Shown one piece after another: positions 56,153 through 64,000 of a DNA stretch of 64,000 bases. The stretch is from Candidatus Thalassarchaeaceae archaeon. GTDB lineage: Archaea > Thermoplasmatota > Poseidoniia > Poseidoniales > Thalassarchaeaceae. The translations under genes and the position numbers were made by a program. The notes under the pieces are model-generated. The model did no database searches. It worked only from the letters and a program-made list of their open reading frames with translations, and was not told where the DNA came from. Every line of letters begins with the position of its first letter. Positions within the stretch are counted from its first letter, which is position 1. The stretch lies in the NCBI GenBank assembly GCA_029940695.1, contig JAPYUP010000001.1, positions 75,385 through 139,384 of the forward strand. The letters are read 5' to 3'.

Positions 56153-57871
56153 ATGAGTAACGAACGCCGACTGGGACGTTTGACCTCGCTGCTAAGACGC
56201 AGGGGAATCATCCTACCCTCCTACGAGATATACGGCGGAGTCTCTGGTTTAATCGACTACGGACCCGTGGGTGCGAGGATCAAGCGAAGGGTCATCGATG
56301 TATGGATCGATCATTGGACGAGCGTGGGCAATGTGGTGGAGGTTGACTCGCCGACCATCACACCAGAGCCTGTGCTAGTGGCAAGTGGCCACGTGGACGA
56401 GTTCAACGACCACATGTCCGAGTGCGGCGCTTGCGGGGCCGTGTTCCGCAGTGATCACTTGCTCGAAGGGCTGAATCCAAACCCAAACTCTCTCGAGGCT
56501 TCGGATTTGGATGATAAAATCGCTGACAGCGCGATAACCTGTCCTAGCTGTGGTGGATTCGAGTGGAAGGGCGCTAGCCCGATGAATCTCATGTTCCCAA
56601 CTAGAATCGGCGCGAAGCGCGGAGGTAGGATGGCATACATGCGTCCTGAGACGGCTCAAGGCATGTTCATGCTATATCCTGCGCTTTTCAGACACTTCAG
56701 GCAGAGGTTGCCTTTCGGCGCTATCCAAACCGGGAAGGCGTACAGGAACGAGATCAGCCCCCGGCAGGGAATGATTCGCCTGCGTGAGTTCAACATGGCT
56801 GAGCTCGAGTACTTCATTGATCCAGATGAGCTCCCCAACCCGGACCTTGGTAGGTGGGACTCCAGCGTTTCGCTGCTACCTGACCCCGAGGGTCCGCACG
56901 CTGGAGAGCACTCAATGACCTTCGGCGAGGCCCTTGGTTCGGGGATTGTTAAGCACCCCACCGTGGCGTGGTTCTTGGCCCTGACTTGGGACTTCCTAGT
57001 CGATGTGGGGGTGGATCCAGAGCGCATTAGATTTCGTCAGCACGCTAGCACCGAGATGGCTCACTACGCCTCCGATTGTTGGGACTGCGAACTCAATGGC
57101 GAGCATGGATGGGTGGAGGCAGTGGGAATCGCCAACAGAACCTGCCATGACTTGTTATCTCACCAGGAGCACTCGGGATCCAAGTTGCTCAGGGGCTGGC
57201 GCCAATTCGACTCGCCGCGCACTGAAACAATGGAGGTGCTAACCCCAAATGGGGCGGTAATTGGTCCGACCTTCAAGGGCGATGCAAGCGCTGTAGCGGA
57301 CGCCCTCTCGGAATTGACCGACGTTCCTGACTCTCTTCCCTTCATACTTACCCTAGCTGACGGAACGAATGTCGAAGTCACCGAGGAGATGGTCACAAGG
57401 AGGGTCGAGAAGGTGACTGTGCATGGAGAGTACTTCACCCCACACGTAATCGAGCCAGCCTTCGGCATTGACCGAATCATCTGGCACATCCTAGACCATA
57501 GCTACAGCGAGACTGAGAAGGAAGGGAAAGGATACACGATACTCTCTTTGAAGCAGGACGTGGCCCCGTTTGACGTCGTCATCCTCCCCCTGTTCGACAA
57601 GGATGGCATGGGGGAGTTGGCTAGGCAGATTTCTTCGAGAGTCTCCTCCATGCCAGGAATACACGGCGATTTGGATGTAAGCAGATCGATAGGAAGGAGG
57701 TACGCGAGGGCTGACGAGATCGGTGTGCCTTGGGCGATTACCGTAGATCACGCCTCCTTGGAGGACGGTACCGTTACCGTCAGACGCAGAGATGACCAAA
57801 CGCAAGTACGTGCAGAAGTCGAATCGTTGCTCAGTCACCTGTCCTCGGGAACAATTGGCGAGTTGTTCTAG
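56153..57871 (+). CDS. glyS: Glycyl-tRNA synthetase, archaeal/eukaryotic alpha2 type
   Basis: SGLIDYGPVGARIKRRVIDVWIDHW N-terminus, class II motifs, and a C-terminal anticodon-binding domain. 572 aa. Confidence 0.9.
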   Translation: MSNERRLGRLTSLLRRRGIILPSYEIYGGVSGLIDYGPVGARIKRRVIDVWIDHWTSVGNVVEVDSPTITPEPVLVASGHVDEFNDHMSECGACGAVFRSDHLLEGLNPNPNSLEASDLDDKIADSAITCPSCGGFEWKGASPMNLMFPTRIGAKRGGRMAYMRPETAQGMFMLYPALFRHFRQRLPFGAIQTGKAYRNEISPRQGMIRLREFNMAELEYFIDPDELPNPDLGRWDSSVSLLPDPEGPHAGEHSMTFGEALGSGIVKHPTVAWFLALTWDFLVDVGVDPERIRFRQHASTEMAHYASDCWDCELNGEHGWVEAVGIANRTCHDLLSHQEHSGSKLLRGWRQFDSPRTETMEVLTPNGAVIGPTFKGDASAVADALSELTDVPDSLPFILTLADGTNVEVTEEMVTRRVEKVTVHGEYFTPHVIEPAFGIDRIIWHILDHSYSETEKEGKGYTILSLKQDVAPFDVVILPLFDKDGMGELARQISSRVSSMPGIHGDLDVSRSIGRRYARADEIGVPWAITVDHASLEDGTVTVRRRDDQTQVRAEVESLLSHLSSGTIGELF

Positions 57872-57885
57872 GGGCCAATCTTCAA

Positions 57886-59424
57886 GTGACGCCAATCAGA
57901 ACTGACCCTGTGGTCGGGGTGGGCGTGAAGCATGACTGGGCAGAGCGCTATCGCCCCAACGCCCTCTCAGATTTAGAGGGAAACGAAGATCGTATCAGGA
58001 GGGTGCGTCAGTGGCTCGATCGTTGGGTCTCAGACTCCGTGCCCAAAAAAAAAGGGTTGCTCCTTTCGGGGCCTCCCGGAGTCGGAAAAACCACTCTGGC
58101 TCTGGCAGTTGCGGAAGACAGGGGGTGGACGATCATCGAACTCAATGCCTCGGAACAGAGGAACGCCGCTGCAATCAGGGGATCTGCGACTAGGGGCTCC
58201 CAGCACATCTCCCTCGACCAATTCTCATCCGAAGGTCCCCCTTCGGGTAGGACTCTGATCCTCCTCGACGAGGTGGATCACCTCAGCGGGAGTTTCGCAA
58301 GAGTCTCTGAGAAAAGGATTGAGAGGGCCCTTGAGCCAACTGAGGAAGACTCGATCGTTCTGAGAGGAGACTCCGGTGGCAAGGCCGAGTTGCTTAACCT
58401 CCTGAGTTCGTCCCAACAGCCCGTAATTATGACTTGCAACGACCCGATGAGACTGTGGGGCAGCGGGAGCGGCTGGAGGAGAAACAGAGACAGATTCCTG
58501 AGGCTGGCTGAGAATGTCAATTTCCAGAGAGTGGGAAAGGCTGTCCTCAGGCGTGTTGCTCACAAGGTCCTCGACGCCGAGGGGATGAGCATTGACTCCG
58601 AGAGTCTCGATGCTCTAATCGAAGGCAACCCAGGTGACATCAGGGCGCTGGTCAAGGATCTTCAGTCACTATCATCAACCGAGCGCGGTCACATCACCTT
58701 GCCCGCTGTCAGGGACCTGGCAGAGGTAGCGGTGAGGGATGCGCATGTGGACGTTTTCAAGGCTTTGAGGCAGGTCTACGGCAATCGCTCCGGCTCACAA
58801 GCCAGGAGAATCCTGATGAACTCCGACAAAAATCCTGACGAGATGATTGCCTGGTTCGCATGGAACAACCAATCGGTGATGGATCAGCGAGATCTTGCGG
58901 CCATCAGCCCTGCAATGTGCAGATCCGACTCATCTCTAGCGACTAAATACACTAATCGTGCCTTCAGATCCTGGTACTGGGGTGCTGCTCTACCTGCTCA
59001 GGCAGCGGTGGCGTACTCCCCAAGCACTGGAGGCTCGGACGCTTACATCGGGTATCCTAACTTCCTCAGGAGGGGCAGCGAGTCATGGAGAACAGGACGG
59101 CTCGTTGAACGCCTCTCCGAACTGCTCGAATCGAGCAGATCTTCGGTCCGGGAGGACCTGTGGCCCAACCTCCTAGCTGTCCACGACAAGCAACTGGGGG
59201 GCGACCCAGGTGACTTCTCTGTGGCAATTAGGCTCGGACTAAGCGCTGAAGATCACCTATCTCTTCACGGGATACCCAAGTCCCACAAGAATTCCAAGAC
59301 CATAATCGGCGCCTTCGAGGAAATGAAGAGGGGTCAAGAAGACAAAGGGTCAGAAGAAACAGATGAGGGCGAAATCGGTAATGCTCTCAGTGGGACTCAA
59401 TTCACCCTAGACGGGTTCGATTAG
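57886..59424 (+). CDS. rfcL: Replication factor C large subunit
   Basis: AAA+ Walker A LLLSGPPGVGKTTLALAVA, Walker B LILLDEVD, and a sensor 2 region. C-terminal acidic/PIP-like tail ending ...TQFTLDGFD. 512 aa. Confidence 0.75.
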   Translation: MTPIRTDPVVGVGVKHDWAERYRPNALSDLEGNEDRIRRVRQWLDRWVSDSVPKKKGLLLSGPPGVGKTTLALAVAEDRGWTIIELNASEQRNAAAIRGSATRGSQHISLDQFSSEGPPSGRTLILLDEVDHLSGSFARVSEKRIERALEPTEEDSIVLRGDSGGKAELLNLLSSSQQPVIMTCNDPMRLWGSGSGWRRNRDRFLRLAENVNFQRVGKAVLRRVAHKVLDAEGMSIDSESLDALIEGNPGDIRALVKDLQSLSSTERGHITLPAVRDLAEVAVRDAHVDVFKALRQVYGNRSGSQARRILMNSDKNPDEMIAWFAWNNQSVMDQRDLAAISPAMCRSDSSLATKYTNRAFRSWYWGAALPAQAAVAYSPSTGGSDAYIGYPNFLRRGSESWRTGRLVERLSELLESSRSSVREDLWPNLLAVHDKQLGGDPGDFSVAIRLGLSAEDHLSLHGIPKSHKNSKTIIGAFEEMKRGQEDKGSEETDEGEIGNALSGTQFTLDGFD

Positions 59425-60980
59425 TCAGGACCCCATGTTCGTGGGTGAAGAAGCACCAACACAGTCAGCAGTTCGAGACGCCCGAGCCACATCAAGAAAG
59501 TTGAGATGAGAAGAGATGGGTGACTGAGGCTTGCCCACGTAGAGGTTGGCCCGTAAGCACCCAGGGCCGGTCCCGTATTGCCCAATAGGGAAATGACCAC
59601 GGAAAGGATGGTTTCCATGTCGAGTTCCGTCTCTATCATGGAGAACAATAGCAAGGAGACCGTCGCCAGCACCAACCACGAACTGATCATCCCAATAATC
59701 ATCCACACCTTGCTCTCCTCGATGACCTGCCCGTTGAAGCGAATCACGACGACCTTGCGCGGTTTGATTATCCTGAGAACCTCCCTCTTAGCCAGCTCGA
59801 ACGCTATCCTGATTCGAAGAACCTTGAGGCCACCCCCAGTAGAGCCGGCAGAGGCGCCGACTATCATCAGGAGCAGTAGGACGAACTTGCTGAAAACAGG
59901 CCAAGTGGTGAAGTCAGCGCTGGAGTAGCCCGTGCTCGAGATAGATATGGCTTGGAATAGCGCGTGCCTGATGGCTTCGGTGCCCCCGTTAGTGCCCGAT
60001 CTGTAAAGGTTGAATGCCATAGCGAGCCATGCAAGGAGCAGGACCAGTAGGTAAGTGCGGAGCTCCTCGTCCTTCCATACCTCCATAGATCGACCGGCCA
60101 TAGCGAAGTACAGGAGGCTGAAGTTTATGCATGTAAGCAGCATAAATACCATCAGTATCACCTCTATCCTAGCGGAACCAAAGTCCATGATTCCCCCATC
60201 AGAGGTGGCGAATCCCCCCGAGGGGAGTGTGGTCAGTGAATAGTTGACCGCATCGAAGATACCCATGCCGCCAACGAAATTGAGGAGGGTTATCTCCATC
60301 AGGGTCAAAGCGATGTAGATTGTCCAGAGCCGCCTAGCGGTGCTTTCCAGACTTATCCCCAACTGAGAGACGGAGGGGCCGGTCAACTCCGCTCTTGCTA
60401 GAGCCATCCCCCCACCCAATGCCCTGGAGAGTATGAGCAAACCGAGCATGATGACGCCCATGCCACCAAGCCACTGAGAAAGGGATCTCCACAGTATGAG
60501 ACTGCTTCTCTGGCTGCCGATGCAGTCTTGCTCGACGCCATCGAGACATATCGGGCTGGTAGTGTGATCAATTACGGTCGCACCAGTGGTAGTGAAACCC
60601 GACATGGATTCGAACCAGGAGTGGAGCAAACCCGCCAATACATCGGAGTGAGATGCAGTGCCGTCCATGTACTCGAATGGCCCATAGAACATCCCACCAA
60701 GCCAGAATGGCAGAGCGCCAACCGCAACCACTGGGATCCACCCAAGGGCCACTGAGGCGAACGCCTCCCGATCCCTGACTCTAGTTGAGGCATCTGCATC
60801 CTTCGAGAGGGAGACGAGTGATTGACCAAGAAGAGCGGCTAGGACTAGGGGGGCGAGGAACGTTCTCAGACCCGCCTCTAATCCCTCTTGGTGGCAACTG
60901 TATACAGCGACCACCGCCAAGGGGATGGCGACTAGGCGGATTGTCCACCCCAGAACCAGTCCTACAACATCCCAGCGCAT
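59421..60980 (-). CDS. trkH: TrkH/KtrB-family potassium uptake membrane subunit
   Basis: Polytopic. Repeated selectivity-filter-like GFTTTGATV and STGYSS/GGGL blocks. 519 aa. Located 2 bp after trkA. Confidence 0.8.
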   Translation of the reverse strand: MRWDVVGLVLGWTIRLVAIPLAVVAVYSCHQEGLEAGLRTFLAPLVLAALLGQSLVSLSKDADASTRVRDREAFASVALGWIPVVAVGALPFWLGGMFYGPFEYMDGTASHSDVLAGLLHSWFESMSGFTTTGATVIDHTTSPICLDGVEQDCIGSQRSSLILWRSLSQWLGGMGVIMLGLLILSRALGGGMALARAELTGPSVSQLGISLESTARRLWTIYIALTLMEITLLNFVGGMGIFDAVNYSLTTLPSGGFATSDGGIMDFGSARIEVILMVFMLLTCINFSLLYFAMAGRSMEVWKDEELRTYLLVLLLAWLAMAFNLYRSGTNGGTEAIRHALFQAISISSTGYSSADFTTWPVFSKFVLLLLMIVGASAGSTGGGLKVLRIRIAFELAKREVLRIIKPRKVVVIRFNGQVIEESKVWMIIGMISSWLVLATVSLLLFSMIETELDMETILSVVISLLGNTGPALGAYGPTSTWASLSHPSLLISTFLMWLGRLELLTVLVLLHPRTWGPD

Positions 60981-60982
60981 AT

Positions 60983-62407
60983 CTAGCTCCCTAGAGACTT
61001 CTCGACCTTCCTCAAGTCGTCGATTTCAAGGAACAGGTAGACCCTGTCCCCTTCCTCAAGAAGCTGGTCGTGCTCAGGGGCTCTCGCGTGGGTATTTCCT
61101 TCCTCATCGATTCGCTCTACCATAGCCAAATTAACTCCCAACTTTCTCTCTACTTCACTGAACAATGAACCGATGAGCCCGTTTCCAGACGCGATTTCAG
61201 CAGAAATCGAGACTAATGACGGCATTGATGGAATGCGTTGGTAAATTCCGGGAACGTGCATGTGGATGGATTTCAGTAACGAGGTCACGGCCACGCGCCT
61301 CTTGCTTACGGGTCGAAGTCCGATGCGATGAATAGCTTCGACGAGAGCCCTGTCATCCAAAAGCAAGCCAGTGCGCAGCACGCCCTTGTCCATGGCGCGC
61401 ATCGAGATTGAGATGTTGAGGTTGTCATCCCCGAGGGTTGCTATGGCGATGTCGTGATTCTCGATAGCCAACTCCCTGAGCAGCTCCTCGTCCTCGGGGT
61501 CGCCATGAATTACGTCTAGCCTCTTGTTGACGCCGATTCGCGAGCCGACAATCTCGTTAGCTGAATCTAAGTCTGGCTCGATGATTACCACGTTAGAACC
61601 CATCTCCAAGTAGTGCCGTGCCAGTCTGCTGCCGAATCTAGTTGCGCCAAAGATGGCGACGGAGGGCGTCTTAGGCATCTCGGCGTCTGGTGTTCCCAAT
61701 GCCAACGCTATGTGACTGAACGATTCGGTGGTGCCGGTGACGAAGAGCAGGCTATCGCCCTGTTGGATGATTTCGTTTCCAGAGGAGAGGGTCTCCCGGC
61801 CATCTTTTCCCCTGATTGCGAATATTGGGGGGACCATGGAATGCTTTCCCTCAACTGTCAAGCTCTCACCGGTAGTCGTTCCAATCAGTGGTGAGGTCTC
61901 AGTAACTTCGGAAACGACAATCCATGCGTTTTCCCCCAGAGGCAATATGTCATCCAAAGACGGGGCTATCAGTCCGGATACCAACTGGTCGACTATCGCC
62001 TCGGAGGGACACACGATGAAATTCGATCGCGACCACTTTTCGAGTGGTCCCGCGCCCCTAGAGGGATCCATTATTTTGGAATCCCTAACATTAGCTATCG
62101 TAATTAGTCCTGAGGCCGTTCGATCGCCGACCTGCTCACTGAAGACTCGCTTGGCGAAGGCGCAGCCGAGAAGATTGACGTGATCGTCATTGGTAGCAAG
62201 GACGATGATTTCGGCATCGCTGATGCCGGCTCTGATTAATGACTCTCTAGAAAGGGCGCTTCCAGTGACCAACAAGCAGTCGAGAGACTGGGACTCACTG
62301 ATGGCATTGGGGTTGGGATCGATGAGTGCGACACCCCTGCGCTCGCTCCTTAGTGCGGCGGCGACCCCACGGCCGACCTCGCCGGCACCTGCGATAATGA
62401 CTCGCAT
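60983..62407 (-). CDS. trkA: TrkA potassium uptake NAD-binding subunit (tandem RCK_N/RCK_C)
   Basis: Two Rossmann starts (MRVIIAGAGEVGRGVA and SVAIFGATRFGSRLA) and two RCK_C-like regions. 474 aa. Confidence 0.85.
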   Translation of the reverse strand: MRVIIAGAGEVGRGVAAALRSERRGVALIDPNPNAISESQSLDCLLVTGSALSRESLIRAGISDAEIIVLATNDDHVNLLGCAFAKRVFSEQVGDRTASGLITIANVRDSKIMDPSRGAGPLEKWSRSNFIVCPSEAIVDQLVSGLIAPSLDDILPLGENAWIVVSEVTETSPLIGTTTGESLTVEGKHSMVPPIFAIRGKDGRETLSSGNEIIQQGDSLLFVTGTTESFSHIALALGTPDAEMPKTPSVAIFGATRFGSRLARHYLEMGSNVVIIEPDLDSANEIVGSRIGVNKRLDVIHGDPEDEELLRELAIENHDIAIATLGDDNLNISISMRAMDKGVLRTGLLLDDRALVEAIHRIGLRPVSKRRVAVTSLLKSIHMHVPGIYQRIPSMPSLVSISAEIASGNGLIGSLFSEVERKLGVNLAMVERIDEEGNTHARAPEHDQLLEEGDRVYLFLEIDDLRKVEKSLGS

Positions 62408-62430
62408 CCAGTGCCAGTGAATTCATGGAT

Positions 62431-62442
62431 TGGATATAATAC
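62431..62442 (-). promoter_or_regulatory. Candidate archaeal TATA box (minus-strand ATTATATCC) about 30 nt upstream of the trkA start codon, possibly a leaderless promoter
   Basis: AT-rich TATA-like octamer in an otherwise GC-rich context. It sits at the expected distance from the ATG for a leaderless transcript. Confidence 0.3.
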
Positions 62443-62484
62443 TGCGCCAAATGAGGTAATACGAAAATTAGGGAGTGATATCAG

Positions 62485-63336
62485 TTACTCTTCGCTGTCT
62501 ATGATTTCCCCTCGGATTCTCAGCTCGGCCTTCTCCCTGTGGCGGTCTGCCTGCCGGATGGTGCGTCTGTAGGCCTGCCTAGCTGCGGGAGTCAAACCGG
62601 AAGGGAGCCATGTCTCCTGAGCCCTAAACCAGAACAGGATCACAAAGGGCGTTGCTACTAGGGCGAAGGCGGGACTGAACAGGGAGAGTACGAGGCACAG
62701 GGCTAGGATGGCCCTAGCGAGCGTGGAAAACAGGAGTGGTTTCGTTCGAGAGCCCCCCAGAAGCTGGTTGCCCTGCCACGTCGCCGGTAGAGCGTGTCCC
62801 ATACTCGCCAATAGGGCAATCAGCGCCGCCATTGCGACCGAGAATGGATTGAAGCCTGCGATGGGCGAGAGCGGGGCGAGGTCTGGATCGAATAGGCGAA
62901 CGATCAGGTAAGCCGCCTGCATCGAGCCGAGGCCTAGGCCGAGTGCCCAACCAAAGGGCGGGGACGCCCTGATGGAGGTAACGCGAGGTCTACCCACCAA
63001 GAACAAGGCTAACGAAGACTCCACTGCGGCAATCAAGAAGGAGAGTGCAAACAGGTTACCCAACGGAACGGAGACCGCACTAGTCGAAGAGTCCTCGATG
63101 ATAGTGATGAGGATCAACTGGTCCACTGCGAGAGCGAGGAACACCCCGACAACGATGCCGTAAAGCAAGTACTTCACCGCCCCAGAGAGGTCGTAGAACC
63201 CGGTCATACGAGCTATAACGCCCCTCCATCCGACGTAGACCCCAAGAAGACTGATGACGAACGCCACCTGCATTTGGAACATCGGAATTGAGGCAGCTGC
63301 CATGAACGGCCATGGCCCACCACCTTTGAGCCCCAC
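62485..63336 (-). CDS. Hypothetical polytopic membrane protein
   Basis: 283 aa with about 7 hydrophobic segments. No protease or transporter motif confidently recognised. Confidence 0.3.
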   Translation of the reverse strand: MGLKGGGPWPFMAAASIPMFQMQVAFVISLLGVYVGWRGVIARMTGFYDLSGAVKYLLYGIVVGVFLALAVDQLILITIIEDSSTSAVSVPLGNLFALSFLIAAVESSLALFLVGRPRVTSIRASPPFGWALGLGLGSMQAAYLIVRLFDPDLAPLSPIAGFNPFSVAMAALIALLASMGHALPATWQGNQLLGGSRTKPLLFSTLARAILALCLVLSLFSPAFALVATPFVILFWFRAQETWLPSGLTPAARQAYRRTIRQADRHREKAELRIRGEIIDSEE

Positions 63337-63378
63337 GCCTCAGACAACGTTCAAACCACACAATCCAGACCGAAGGTC

Positions 63379-64000
63379 ATGGCACTCGAGGGCTTCAAGC
63401 GCAGGGTTCTCAGCTCCATCGGCCTGCTCAAAGGAAAGAGGAAGGTCGATGAGGAGACTGTCAAGGATCTCAGCAAGTCGTTACGCAGGGCTCTGCTGGA
63501 GGCTGACTTCAACGTCAGGCAGGCCAAGGAGCTGACCGAGCGCATCGAGAGGAGGATGCTGGAGGAGGAGCCCAGACCAGGCGTGCGCCTCGAGACCCAC
63601 GCCATGAACCTAATCTACTCGGAGCTAGTCAGGATACTAGGATCTCCGAAGAGCATTCGGCCTCACAACCAAACCGTGCTGATGGTCGGCCTCTACGGCC
63701 AGGGAAAGACGACCACGACCGCCAAACTGGCAGAGTGGTGGAGGAAGAATCACAGCGTCAAGGTGGCTGTGATAGAGGCGGACGTCCACCGTCCCGGTGC
63801 TTTTCAACAACTCAGCCAGTTGCTTGAAGGTACTGCAGTGGAGGTCTACGGAGAGCCAGAGGGCAACGATGCTCCGACGATAGTAAGGAACGGGCTGAGG
63901 AAGATCGGGACGGCTGACGTGGTGATTATCGACACGGCTGGCAGGGACAGCTTGGACGGGGATCTGAAGGACGAGTTGCTAGAGATAGCGGAGGTTGCGA
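63379..64000 (+). CDS. srp54: Signal recognition particle protein SRP54, 5' partial (runs off the window end)
   Basis: N domain (MALEGFKRRVLSSIGLLKGK...) and the G-domain start GLYGQGKTTTTAKLA plus DTAGR. No stop codon before position 64000. Confidence 0.8.
   Translation, partial: MALEGFKRRVLSSIGLLKGKRKVDEETVKDLSKSLRRALLEADFNVRQAKELTERIERRMLEEEPRPGVRLETHAMNLIYSELVRILGSPKSIRPHNQTVLMVGLYGQGKTTTTAKLAEWWRKNHSVKVAVIEADVHRPGAFQQLSQLLEGTAVEVYGEPEGNDAPTIVRNGLRKIGTADVVIIDTAGRDSLDGDLKDELLEIAEVA

Noticed and set aside
55951-56211. An 86-aa ORF spanning the divergent lhr/glyS promoter region.
   Set aside because: It overlaps both gene starts and has no motif. The region is more plausibly the shared promoter or 5'-UTR space.

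Overview
This 64-kb window is a densely coded, GC-moderate (~55%) archaeal chromosomal segment. I found no rRNA, CRISPR array, integrase or transposase. The protein set points to a euryarchaeote or Thermoplasmatota-like organism: Kae1, PAN, aEF-2, archaeal exosome subunits, PriS, RFC large subunit, TiaS, split transketolase and an MBF1 with a Zn ribbon. That taxonomic placement is tentative.

Main gene blocks:
- Histidine utilisation (hut) cluster: hutI sits divergent, a tRNA-Val(GAC) follows a 456-bp AT-rich spacer, and a minus-strand run reads PAN, glutamate formimidoyltransferase, formimidoyl-THF cyclodeaminase, hutU, hutH and alaX.
- Housekeeping: MBF1, Tsr3 and MetRS.
- Membrane/Ca trio: a CNNM/CorC transporter, an RDD membrane protein and an EF-hand repeat protein.
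- Futalosine (menaquinone) island: mqnD-like, mqnA and an mqnC/E radical-SAM gene, interrupted by a 152-aa HEAT-repeat protein that looks like half of a eukaryotic deoxyhypusine hydroxylase (DOHH).
- Split transketolase, ProRS, CoaBC, a FadA-type thiolase and a Tpt1/KptA.
- Isoprenoid block: isopentenyl phosphate kinase, an IDI(type 1)-GGPP synthase fusion and a UbiD-family decarboxylase.
- str operon: S12, S7 and EF-2.
- Archaeal exosome/proteasome superoperon: prefoldin beta, a Pcc1-like protein, L37ae, Rrp42, Rrp41, Rrp4, SBDS and PsmA.
- Dph6, PurB, TiaS, GmhA and GmhB next to an archaeosortase-like protein.
- A 1765-aa full-length Lhr helicase, GlyRS, RFC large subunit, TrkH/TrkA, and the 5' part of SRP54 at the window end.

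Most worth a second look: the half-DOHH-like HEAT protein embedded in the mqn cluster, the IDI-GGPPS fusion with its isoprenoid neighbours, the bacterial-length Lhr, the EF-hand repeat protein, the archaeosortase beside the heptose genes, and the AT-rich palindrome-bearing spacer 5' of tRNA-Val.
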